From assembly GCF_949769195.1 (NCBI RefSeq), contig NZ_OX458334.1, forward strand, positions 1,723 through 25,722: a stretch of DNA of 24,000 nt, read 5' to 3'. Position numbers and translations under genes: made by a program. Of this stretch, positions 7,910-15,762 are shown in pieces. A model generated the notes under the pieces. That model did not search any database, was not told where the DNA came from, and worked only from the letters and a program-made list of their open reading frames with translations. The stretch's first letter is position 1; every line of letters begins with the position of its first letter. The DNA comes from Methylocaldum szegediense (GTDB taxonomy: Bacteria; Pseudomonadota; Gammaproteobacteria; Methylococcales; Methylococcaceae).

Positions 7910-8997
7910 GTCTTCGTCTCTTCTTCATCAGGTCTCAGTTCAAACGCGAGCCGACCACTGCCTTTGAAAAGGTTCAGGCGTCTTAATCCCTTCTTAATCA
8001 GGTCTCGTTTCAAACGTCATCGAGTACTCGACGTGTGAGGAAAACACTCACGTCTTAATCCCTTCTTAATCAGGTCTCGTTTCAAACACGACTCGGTGGT
8101 TCGGAATGGCTCAGGACCAGGTCTTAATCCCTTCTTAATCAGGTCTCGTTTCAAACCCAAAAGCGCCCAGGAATTGTTGTTGCAATACGCAGTCTTAATC
8201 CCTTCTTAATCAGGTCTCGTTTCAAACCAATCAAGCAAGCAAGAACCGATAGGAGAATATCGTCTTAATCCCTTCTTAATCAGGTCTCGTTTCAAACTCG
8301 CCGGACTACTCACTGGCTAATGATCGAAAAGGTCTTAATCCCTTCTTAATCAGGTCTCGTTTCAAACGATCGAACAACTTCAAAAACAATTTCCTTTGGT
8401 CCGTCTTAATCCCTTCTTAATCAGGTCTCGTTTCAAACCCATGAAGATTATCAACCTGACTCCTCACCCAATGTCTTAATCCCTTCTTAATCAGGTCTCG
8501 TTTCAAACATGTATACCCGTCAGAGCCTCCTGTCTGCGGCAGTCTTAATCCCTTCTTAATCAGGTCTCGTTTCAAACATGGGCTCATACTACGAAACTGA
8601 TTTAGGCCTGCGGTCTTAATCCCTTCTTAATCAGGTCTCGTTTCAAACGCTAAGGTAGGTAAAAAAATGGCTAAAAAAGAAATGTCTTAATCCCTTCTTA
8701 ATCAGGTCTCGTTTCAAACAAATGGGAAGTCAACTTTGGCAAAGAATAAGGTCTTAATCCCTTCTTAATCAGGTCTCGTTTCAAACGGGGCAGATAATGG
8801 CAGATAAAAATTCGGATTGGTCTTAATCCCTTCTTAATCAGGTCTCGTTTCAAACCAATCCAGAAGCCGAACTCGAGGTCTACAGCCCCGTCTTAATCCC
8901 TTCTTAATCAGGTCTCGTTTCAAACAGAATTTGCCCTTGCGGTTGCTTATAACTGGGGGCAGTCTTAATCCCTTCTTAATCAGGTCTCGTTTCAAAC
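7910..8997 (-). CRISPR. CRISPR array: 15 identical 36-bp repeats plus 1 degenerate repeat, 15 spacers of 31-36 bp
   Basis: Repeat GTCTTAATCCCTTCTTAATCAGGTCTCGTTTCAAAC (+ strand) at 7980, 8052, 8121, 8192, 8262, 8332, 8403, 8473, 8542, 8613, 8684, 8751, 8820, 8890 and 8962. Degenerate copy GTCTTCGTCTCTTCTTCATCAGGTCTCAGTTCAAAC at 7910-7945 (30/36). The degenerate end suggests the leader is on the high-coordinate side with minus-strand transcription; orientation is inferred. Confidence 0.98.
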
Positions 8998-9108
8998 AGC
9001 TCGCGTCTAAAACACCCTCATATTCAATGTCTTACAAAGGGGGTTGTAGAAAATTCTCCGTTCGGAAAAGTTACGCTCATTCTCCCGAGAGTTCATCGTT
9101 TGCCTCTA

Positions 9109-9471
9109 TCAGGCGCTAACCTTCCTCTTGGTTCTGGTCTCGTCCTGCTGGCGCTCGATAATGGCGCGGCTCCGTTCAAGCTCGAAGATTTCGACTCCCT
9201 GCTCGCGGGTAATCTTCCCTTCCTCGATCAACATACACAAGCCTTTCCGCATCGCGTACATGCGGATCACGAGCGGATCGCTCGGCGCCTCTTGGCGCAG
9301 TCTTTCGATGCCGTCCCATGCCTCCTGCTGGTAGCAGTAGTTGTCTGGGTCAGTTCTCGGGTCAGGAGGAGGGTTCTCTTCCGCCGCAGTTACGCTGATC
9401 GGAATCGAGAAGAAAAGCAACGCGGCGAGCGCCGGCGGAATCGCTACATTTTTAAGGTCCGGAATCGTCAT
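9109..9471 (-). CDS. Hypothetical small exported protein
   Basis: 120 aa from ATG at 9471; N-terminal hydrophobic segment PPALAALLFFSIPISVTAAEE resembles a signal peptide; two Cys; start overlaps the recombinase stop (ATGA 9468-9471). Confidence 0.65.
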   Translation of the reverse strand: MTIPDLKNVAIPPALAALLFFSIPISVTAAEENPPPDPRTDPDNYCYQQEAWDGIERLRQEAPSDPLVIRMYAMRKGLCMLIEEGKITREQGVEIFELERSRAIIERQQDETRTKRKVSA

Positions 9472-10112
9472 GTTTTCTTGCCTCCCTTGGTTGTCCTGCG
9501 CTTGATATATCGGCTCATGTTGTTGGCCTCCATCCACTGATAAAGGGTGTTTGGCGAACAGCCCACGATCCTCGCGATCGAGGTCTTGTGCACGCCCTTG
9601 ACGAGCAGGTCCTTGATCTCGTCCTTGCGCTTATCAAGCTTGCGCTCGTCGCTGGTCCTCCCCTTCGGCCTCCCGAGCGGCAGTCCCGCCGCCTTCCGCC
9701 GCGCCAAGGCCTCGGTGGTCCGCGCCGAGATAAATTCGCGCTCGATCTCGGCTGCGAGGCCCAGCACCGTTGCGGTGATCCTGGCGTGTAGGCTCCCGTC
9801 CATCACCATCCGGTTCTTGACCACGTGCACGGCGATTTCCTTCTCGGCGGCGTGCTGGAGGATCTCCAAAACCTGAAGCGTCGAGCGGGCTAATCGTGAG
9901 ATTTCCGCCACCAATAGAATGTCGCCTTTCCTAGCCTGATCGAGCAGCTTGCCGATGTCCCGCTCCCGCCAGTTTTTCTTGCCGGTAACCGTGTCGTCGA
10001 AAAAGGTCAGGGGTTCTAGGCCATGCTGCTTGGCGTACTCAATGACGCCGTGGCGCTGGTTGTCCAGGTCCTGCCGGTCGGTGGATACCCGTATGTAAGC
10101 GTAGGTGGTCAC
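9468..10112 (-). CDS. Serine recombinase, resolvase/invertase family
   Basis: 214 aa; YAYIRVSTDRQDLDNQ, LLVAEISRLARSTLQVLEIL, GLAAEIEREFISARTTEALARRKAAGLPLGRPKG and a C-terminal HTH. Confidence 0.95.
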   Translation of the reverse strand: MTTYAYIRVSTDRQDLDNQRHGVIEYAKQHGLEPLTFFDDTVTGKKNWRERDIGKLLDQARKGDILLVAEISRLARSTLQVLEILQHAAEKEIAVHVVKNRMVMDGSLHARITATVLGLAAEIEREFISARTTEALARRKAAGLPLGRPKGRTSDERKLDKRKDEIKDLLVKGVHKTSIARIVGCSPNTLYQWMEANNMSRYIKRRTTKGGKKT

Positions 10113-10131
10113 AGTGGATTTGGAAGGATTC

Positions 10132-10176
10132 CGGACTAAAATTTATCCTGATTAAACGTCCGTTTTTTTAGGATAA
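10132..10176. promoter_or_regulatory. Candidate recombinase site or divergent promoter/operator region
   Basis: Inverted arms CGGAC (10132-10136)/GTCCG (10158-10162) and TTATCCT (10143-10149)/AGGATAA (10170-10176), upstream of the recombinase at 10112 and the + operon at 10274. Confidence 0.35.
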
Positions 10177-10273
10177 CATGCTCTTGGGTGGCTTACCCCT
10201 TGTCTCCCCCATAGCTTTGAATAAATTCGCTGTATAAACGTGACGTTTTTTCGGATGTTTTCAGGAGACGGGA

Positions 10274-10987
10274 ATGCTGTTTTTAAGGATCAAAAACCGC
10301 AATCGGAAACGGGCCGACGGGCGGCCATGGGCGGAAGCGCGGGTCATCCGCAAGACCCGGAAGTTTGGACAGGTCATCGAGGACCGGGGAATTTCAACCA
10401 AGCGCCCCGTGCTCGTCACCGGCGCGCACGCCTCCGGCAAGACCTACTGGCTGGAGCGCCTCCGGGCGAACGCCGGGCGCGTGTGGCCCGGCATCGGCGC
10501 CGAGCCGCTTCACCTCGCCGCGACACGCCCTCTCTCGGCTTGGACCGACGTCAAGCACCTCGAACTCTGGTGGGCGGGGCGCGAGAACTGCGACGACGAC
10601 CGCCATTGGTCCAAGCTCAAGGCCTGGGAACGGGTGGACGCCCTGCCGCTTTACCTCCAGGAAACCGGAGCCGTGCTGTTCGTCGACGACGCCCACGGGC
10701 TCAGCGGCCGGAAGCTCAAAGTCGCGCAGGAATGCGTCCGGGCCGCCAAGGTCTGGGTCATGGCCGCGGCCGACGAGGGCCGGATCGCGCCGGGCCTGCG
10801 CAAGGACGTCATGGCCGCCGAACCGCAGATATTCAGGCTCGATACCGAAGTCGCCTACGACGCGACCCCGATACTCATGTGGATCCTCATCACCCTGGCC
10901 TTCGCCGCCGGCTCGTGGGAACTCGGCATGGCCTTGGCGGGGCTCAAATTCCTAGGGAGCGGACGCCGTGCCGCGAAACAGACCTGA
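10274..10987 (+). CDS. P-loop ATPase with C-terminal transmembrane segment
   Basis: 237 aa; Walker A TGAHASGKT, Walker B-like AVLFVDDAH, then hydrophobic PILMWILITLAFAAGSWELGMALAGL. Loosely Zot-like in layout; family not certain. Confidence 0.75.
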   Translation: MLFLRIKNRNRKRADGRPWAEARVIRKTRKFGQVIEDRGISTKRPVLVTGAHASGKTYWLERLRANAGRVWPGIGAEPLHLAATRPLSAWTDVKHLELWWAGRENCDDDRHWSKLKAWERVDALPLYLQETGAVLFVDDAHGLSGRKLKVAQECVRAAKVWVMAAADEGRIAPGLRKDVMAAEPQIFRLDTEVAYDATPILMWILITLAFAAGSWELGMALAGLKFLGSGRRAAKQT

Positions 10988-11717
10988 TCCCGATTTCTGG
11001 CAATGGCTGCCCTTGGCGGCGCTCAACCTGCTCTTGGCGATGGCGGTTCTGATATTCGTCGTCGTGATTTCCGTCGCGGTCAGTACTACGCAAGCCGCCG
11101 AGGCGCCGGCGATCCCGCCGTACCAAATCCCCACATTCGACGGCTCGAACCGCGATTTCAGGGCCCCGATTCCGCCGATGTCCCCGGCCCCGGAAGTGGA
11201 TGGAGACGCGATTTTCCGCATGGTCGTGAACTGCTTCCCCGAGCGGGTCGCCTGGGGGCTGGAGGTAGATGCCGTCGCCGGCTCCCGCTGGGTCGACGAC
11301 AGCGGCATCAGCACATTCGACACGAGCGGACTCGCCCGGCACTACGTCGGGATCGTGGCCAAGATGCCCCTGTACTCGGCAACCGAGATCAACCGGGAAC
11401 GGCAGACCGAGTACCAGCGGCGCGAGCAGGTAGCGAAAAACATCAAGGCGCTGCTCTCCGGCCTGGCCGACCGCAGGCGCGCGCAGCGCGAGCTCGGCCT
11501 GTACTCTTCGCTCGAAGCCCGATCGCAAAAGCGGGTCGCTCTCGGCCTGGCCGAGGCCACCGAGCAAGTCGGCTATCTGGAAAAAGTCGCTCAAGCTCAG
11601 TCGAAGCTTGACGACGCTAACGCGCAGATCGAGGGCGCGCGCCTGGCGCTGGTCGGCCAATGCCGCGACGAAGTGGCAAATGAGGTCAACAGCTACTTGA
11701 AAGAAGTCATCCGGTAG
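10968..11717 (+). CDS. Membrane-anchored coiled-coil protein
   Basis: 249 aa; N-terminal TM LPLAALNLLLAMAVLIFVVVISVAV, Pro-rich linker, long charged C-terminal helix region; 20-bp overlap with the upstream gene. Confidence 0.7.
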   Translation: MPRNRPDPDFWQWLPLAALNLLLAMAVLIFVVVISVAVSTTQAAEAPAIPPYQIPTFDGSNRDFRAPIPPMSPAPEVDGDAIFRMVVNCFPERVAWGLEVDAVAGSRWVDDSGISTFDTSGLARHYVGIVAKMPLYSATEINRERQTEYQRREQVAKNIKALLSGLADRRRAQRELGLYSSLEARSQKRVALGLAEATEQVGYLEKVAQAQSKLDDANAQIEGARLALVGQCRDEVANEVNSYLKEVIR

Positions 11718-11737
11718 AAGGCATGAGGACATGAAAC

Positions 11738-11965
11738 ATGACACCATCCTGTGAAGCGATCCTGAACGATCCCGCGGCCTCCGAATGGCTCAAGCTGGCG
11801 CTGGTGTCGGCGCTCGAACGCGATCCGGTGGACGCGGCGAACGATGCCGAGGTTTTGGCGGCCGTCCTGCGCGGACGCTGCGACGCCGTGCTGTTCGCCG
11901 GCGAGTCCGTCAACAATCTTCTGGACGCGCTTCAAGATGAACTGCGGAGGAACAGCGATGAATGA
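11738..11965 (+). CDS. Hypothetical acidic small protein (75 aa)
   Basis: MTPSCEAILNDPAASEWLKLALVSALERDPVDAANDAEVLAAVLRGRCDAVL...; in operon context. Confidence 0.65.
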   Translation: MTPSCEAILNDPAASEWLKLALVSALERDPVDAANDAEVLAAVLRGRCDAVLFAGESVNNLLDALQDELRRNSDE

Positions 11966-12317
11966 AGATAAGCTTTTCGGTCGGGGATGGGCGTTCTTTA
12001 CCGGCGGCGGTTCGAGAAATGGGAGTTCCCTGCCGGCGCTCGACGATCCGCTCGATCTCCTCGAATGGATGCGCGGCTTCGGCGCGGCGATGGCCGATTA
12101 CGATCTCGACGGCCGCTATCCGAGCGTCCAGGCGGCGCTGCTCGACTGCGGCGTGGACGGCGATCTCCTCGAGGATCTGCTCCAGGCCACCGAAGTGATC
12201 CGCGACGGCGAGGAATGGCACCGATGGCCTGCCGATCGGCCGATCCGGGGATTCGAACATGCCGGCTTCGGGCGGACCAGCGTTAAGGACACGTACTTAA
12301 GGACAGTTCCGCCATGA
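11958..12317 (+). CDS. Hypothetical acidic small protein (119 aa)
   Basis: ATG at 11958 preceded by GGAGG; overlaps upstream and downstream ORFs. Confidence 0.65.
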   Translation: MNEDKLFGRGWAFFTGGGSRNGSSLPALDDPLDLLEWMRGFGAAMADYDLDGRYPSVQAALLDCGVDGDLLEDLLQATEVIRDGEEWHRWPADRPIRGFEHAGFGRTSVKDTYLRTVPP

Positions 12318-12838
12318 AATGGGTCAATCACGTCGCCATCGCGGGTTCCGCCGCCGCCGTTTGGCGCCCCGAGCTGGTCCCGGTCGCGGTGCTCGGCTCC
12401 ACCGCCCCCGACTGGATGGAGTGGGGCTTGCAGCTGCTCGGCCGGCGCGTGAAACACCGGACGGTCACTCACTACGTTTCGTCCTGGGCGTTCGGGCTGG
12501 CCTTCGGTCTTTTGGTCTGGGACTGGCACTACGCGCTTACCGCCTTTGCCGCCGGCGGACTCTCGCACGTCCTCTGCGATGCACTTACGGTGCAAGGTGT
12601 GCCGCTCGGCTGGTGGTCGGATCGGCGGTTCCACTTATTTGGTGGGCGATTCCGCACCGGACAGATGGGCGAGTATTGGTTTGCCGGCGGCTTCGTCCTA
12701 GTCTGTTTCGGCGTGGCCATGCTTACGCGGCATTGGGGCGGCGAGTACAGCCCGTTTTTCTTCGACTGGGCGGAGTATTACAAGGAAGGGCTAATCGATG
12801 CGGCGGAGTGGAAGGCGAATCGGTTTAGATGGTTGTGA
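12314..12838 (+). CDS. YdjM/DUF457-type membrane-bound metal-dependent hydrolase-like protein
   Basis: 174 aa; MKWVNHVAIAG...GSTAPDWMEW...HRTVTHYVSSW...GGLSHVLCDALTVQGVPLGWW; conserved His/Asp and several TM segments; ATGA overlap with the upstream gene. Confidence 0.85.
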   Translation: MKWVNHVAIAGSAAAVWRPELVPVAVLGSTAPDWMEWGLQLLGRRVKHRTVTHYVSSWAFGLAFGLLVWDWHYALTAFAAGGLSHVLCDALTVQGVPLGWWSDRRFHLFGGRFRTGQMGEYWFAGGFVLVCFGVAMLTRHWGGEYSPFFFDWAEYYKEGLIDAAEWKANRFRWL

Positions 12839-12871
12839 TGGTTCATGACCAGAAATGTATCTTTTCACATG

Positions 12872-12898
12872 AAAAAGCCCCTCCGGAGAGGGGACTTT
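12872..12898 (-). terminator. Rho-independent terminator for the minus-strand tRNA-like gene
   Basis: Minus strand AAAGTCCCCTCTCCGGAGGGGCTTTTTC: stem CCCCTC/GAGGGG, loop CGGA, followed by a T5 tract. Confidence 0.75.
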
Positions 12899-12906
12899 CG
12901 TAATAA

Positions 12907-13019
12907 TGGGAGCAACGGCAGGACTTGAACCCGCACCCTTCCTGCCCATATCATGAAGCTTCCGAGGTCTCCATAATATGTAGAAAGCAGGATGCTCTAT
13001 CCGGTTGAGCTACGCTGCT
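12907..13019 (-). tRNA. tRNA-like gene with 43-nt anticodon loop (intron-containing, variant or pseudo-tRNA)
   Basis: Minus strand: acceptor AGCAGCG/CGTTGCT (one G-U), discriminator C, encoded CCA, D-arm GCTC-AACCGGATA-GAGC, anticodon stem TCCTG/CAGGA, variable AGGGT, T-arm GCGGG-TTCAAGT-CCTGC. All standard apart from the anticodon loop. Possible anticodons around TTTCTA cannot be fixed. Confidence 0.8.
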
Positions 13020-13031
13020 ATAACCCTTCGA

Positions 13032-13535
13032 CTATTCCAATTCATCTGGGGTTGAGGTTTTGACCAGTTTGAGTTCGGGACGCCCTTTCCTTTTTATCCT
13101 GCGCTCATCTTCTTCTTTACGCTGTTGACGAATCTCGATTTTTTCCATGGCGAAAGGCGTCGCCTCCTTTATTAATCCATCGAAGTGGTAAAGGTTAGGT
13201 AAGCTCCCCTCCTTAGTGACTCGACGTTCCTCGCGTCGGATAAGACCAGCTTTTTCTAGTGCGGCAATCCGCCTTTGCACTGTTCTTGGTGTTACGCCTA
13301 TGGCCTCTGCAATGGTGCTTTTCTTTGGATGCGGCTTGTTCTCAGCCGTCCACCAATAACTTGCCAAATGCATGATGATGTTCATGTCTATAGCGTCTAA
13401 ACCAAGGGCTTTTTGCTTCTCCAGCAGAATACTGGGGAAAGCCACCCATCCAGCATCCATCAACGGTTTCGACCATTTCTTTTCATTGGTGCGAAGGGTG
13501 GTTAGTGCATGCTTTTCTTTGGATGGCGCGGTCAT
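13032..13535 (-). CDS. Helix-turn-helix protein, replication-initiator or regulator-like
   Basis: 167 aa; LGLDAIDMNIIMHLASYWWTAENKPHPKKSTIAEAIGVTPRTVQRRIAALEKAGLIRREERR is a winged-HTH (HTH_36-like) sequence. Confidence 0.8.
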   Translation of the reverse strand: MTAPSKEKHALTTLRTNEKKWSKPLMDAGWVAFPSILLEKQKALGLDAIDMNIIMHLASYWWTAENKPHPKKSTIAEAIGVTPRTVQRRIAALEKAGLIRREERRVTKEGSLPNLYHFDGLIKEATPFAMEKIEIRQQRKEEDERRIKRKGRPELKLVKTSTPDELE

Positions 13536-14138
13536 GATCTCTCCCCAAAATGTCTGGTTATGATTATTGCGGCGAAACAGGCCAGTTTCAACGTTTCAGG
13601 GGAGACGCAGCGGTCTGGGGGACAACTTTGTTCTATGCGTTTATCGCGGTTCGTCTACGATGTTCGTTTGTATCGCGTATGTGTATTTTGGGAGACTCAA
13701 AAGTCTAGGGATGGGAAGACGATCGTGTCATCCGGGGATGATATTACCGTCTCCGCCGGGCGACTCTAGAGCCCCCCGATACAGTGAATTTAAATTTATT
13801 TGTCTCCGCTAGACAGTTCCATTTGCCAAAGACCGATTTTGTGTGTTGACAAAATAGTAAAGTTTTTATATTATTCAAATACTTAAATATTTCCTAGATA
13901 ATCAGGTCAATTCTGAAGCGCTAACCAGTTTCTCAAGCAGCATCTTAGATTCCTTACCACTTGATTCAAGAATTAAGAGTCTTATTAAGATGCCTTTGAA
14001 ACTAGCTATTAAGGTGCTCATGTGAAATACAGTGTAGTAGCGAACGCCGTGTCAATGGGGTTTAGGCCTAGCTGCTTGAGATACTGGTTTCGTTTTTCTT
14101 TTTGACTTGATTGGAAAATTGACACCCCCACCAATTTT

Positions 14139-14166
14139 AAAAAGGCTGCCATGTGGCAGCTTTTTT
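14139..14166. terminator. Bidirectional rho-independent terminator
   Basis: AAAAAG-GCTGCCA-TG-TGGCAGC-TTTTTT; serves the minus-strand gene 14196-14720. Confidence 0.85.
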
Positions 14167-14195
14167 ATGCCCATTAGTATGGGCGAGTATGCTAT

Positions 14196-14720
14196 CTACT
14201 CCAGTGCCCCTTCGATCAACTGTGCCACTTCCTGCGAAATCCGCCGGTTCATCTCTTTGGATAGCCCAAGCTGGTCGTGCAACAGGTTCATGTAGCCGAA
14301 CAGCGTCTCCACCGTCGCCGAAAGCTGCCCCATATCATCGAAGCGCCACCCGACCATACCGCCCTCGATCCGCTCAACGTGCCCCTTGCACAGCAAGCGG
14401 AGCACGTGAAAGAAGGTATCGCCCTCTTTCTCGATAAAGTGAAGCCAATACGGGAAGTCGGCCGTAAGATCGGAGAACCACTGCCGGATTTCGGGAATCT
14501 CCGCCGTCTCGCGCGGGTCCTCGTCCCACCCGGAAAAGAAGAACGTCAGTCGCCCCTCGAACTGTTCGGCGTTTTCCCGAGACTCTGCTAGCGGCGCAAG
14601 CACTTCGAGCATGGGAGCGATATTGCCGGTCACAACCTGTTCGCGCGGAAAGTCGATGACCAGCAGTTCTTGCTTGGCCTGGGATAGGCGGGCGAGTGGA
14701 TACTTGATGCGGTATGGCAT
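14196..14720 (-). CDS. Hypothetical protein (174 aa)
   Basis: Well-composed protein followed by a terminator; no family recognised. Confidence 0.7.
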   Translation of the reverse strand: MPYRIKYPLARLSQAKQELLVIDFPREQVVTGNIAPMLEVLAPLAESRENAEQFEGRLTFFFSGWDEDPRETAEIPEIRQWFSDLTADFPYWLHFIEKEGDTFFHVLRLLCKGHVERIEGGMVGWRFDDMGQLSATVETLFGYMNLLHDQLGLSKEMNRRISQEVAQLIEGALE

Positions 14721-14761
14721 GATGGTTCAAATAATATGAAATGGTATGATATGAAATGATT

Positions 14762-15010
14762 TCAAATCATTACTGGTTCATACCCCCGCCTTTTCCGCTG
14801 GCTCTGCACGGCGGTTAATTGCTTCATGGCCTCCGCGTAACATTCAAATGGGGCGCGCCTCACCTGCCCCATGGGCGACCCACGACGCCCCCATATCCGG
14901 GTCAACACCCAACTGCCCCACAGGTCTTGTTGCAGGTGGATCTCGTAGTAGCGGGTCTCCTTCTCCCAACGGAGGCGGAGCGGTTCCTCGGCGGCGATGT
15001 CGTTACTCAT
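14762..15010 (-). CDS. WGR-domain protein
   Basis: 82 aa; YYEIHLQQDLWGSWVLTRIWGRRGSPMGQVRRAPFECYAEAMKQL contains the WGR signature. Confidence 0.85.
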   Translation of the reverse strand: MSNDIAAEEPLRLRWEKETRYYEIHLQQDLWGSWVLTRIWGRRGSPMGQVRRAPFECYAEAMKQLTAVQSQRKRRGYEPVMI

Positions 15011-15440
15011 GGCTACCGAGCGTGGACTTAAGAAATGACAAACAGGTCGGTGAACTGACCCGCAAGACCGATTCCTGATCGAACTTTTCCCGATATCGCT
15101 TCGCAACATCGCGGATTGCGGGTTCGACCGACTCGGCATCCGGATGGACGACTTGCAGGACATAGGCTCTCTCCCGCTCAATGACGCCGGCATCGTTCCG
15201 CCATTGGCCTTGGGCTTTCCACCAGGTCAGCCCTTGCGGGAACCGCGGCGTGACGACTTGACTCATGAATTCCCGCCATTCTTCGCTGGCCACCGGATCG
15301 GCTCCTTTCCTTCCCGTGCCAAAGTAGAGGGTTTCGATAGTCGCTGCCAGTTCTCCAGGCCGGCAAACCCGGCCCGCATCGGTTGCACAGCCTTCAATGG
15401 CGAAACTTAGAACAGCCGCCATGACAGCGCCCAGGCGCAC
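15003..15440 (-). CDS. DUF3574-like lipoprotein
   Basis: 145 aa; N-terminal AVLSFAIEGCAT lipobox-like; TLYFGTGRKG...VASEEWREFMSQVVTPRFPQGLTWWKAQGQWRNDAGVIERERAYVLQVVHP. Confidence 0.8.
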   Translation of the reverse strand: MRLGAVMAAVLSFAIEGCATDAGRVCRPGELAATIETLYFGTGRKGADPVASEEWREFMSQVVTPRFPQGLTWWKAQGQWRNDAGVIERERAYVLQVVHPDAESVEPAIRDVAKRYREKFDQESVLRVSSPTCLSFLKSTLGSHE

Positions 15441-15443
15441 AAT

Positions 15444-15734
15444 TCAGTCTTTCCCTTTCAGAATCTGCTCGATTTTCGCGTCGATCGCCGGCAACAGCGC
15501 GTCGAGGCAAAACTTCTGCATGCTGTCCGGCGTGTGCTCGGCGATGTACCTCAGCTTGAGAAGATAGGGCTCCGGAAGGCGCAGGTTGTAGACCTTGAGC
15601 ACGTCGTCGCGGATACCGGGCTGGTTCCATGGCAGCGCGGCGGATTCATACGATATGGTATGAGATGATTTCATATCATCCGATATTTCGCTGCGCCGCT
15701 CGGCGCCGGCGATGAAGTCCTCAACTCCCGGCAT
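15444..15734 (-). CDS. Small partition-accessory candidate downstream of parA
   Basis: 96 aa from ATG at 15734; 28 bp downstream of the parA stop; VLKVYNLRLPEPYLLKLRYIAEHTPDSMQKFCLDALLPAIDAKIEQ suggests a short DNA-binding adaptor such as ribbon-helix-helix; inferred. Confidence 0.6.
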   Translation of the reverse strand: MPGVEDFIAGAERRSEISDDMKSSHTISYESAALPWNQPGIRDDVLKVYNLRLPEPYLLKLRYIAEHTPDSMQKFCLDALLPAIDAKIEQILKGKD

Positions 15735-15762
15735 CGTGTGCGCCTTCGGCTTGCGGGTGAAC

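Noticed and set aside
6422-8013. ORFs 6422-7246-, 7033-7674+, 7227-7661-, 7605-7967+, 7648-8013-
   Set aside because: High-GC overlapping frames with Arg/Ser/Gly/Pro-rich translations; 7648-8013 also runs into CRISPR sequence.
10240-11052. ORF of 270 aa, + strand, overlapping the ATPase, and nearby frame 10365-10955
   Set aside because: Arg/Pro/Gly-rich alternate frame of the ATPase gene, which carries real Walker motifs.
10944-11747. ORF of 267 aa, minus strand
   Set aside because: Antisense to the membrane-anchored coiled-coil gene; shadow ORF.
12907-13019. Group I or group II intron in the tRNA
   Set aside because: The insertion is only 36 nt, too short for either catalytic intron type, and no intron core is visible.
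14049-14125. Transposon terminal inverted repeats (GTGTCAAT/ATTGACAC)
   Set aside because: Only 8-bp arms, no transposase between them and no target-site duplication seen; probably chance.
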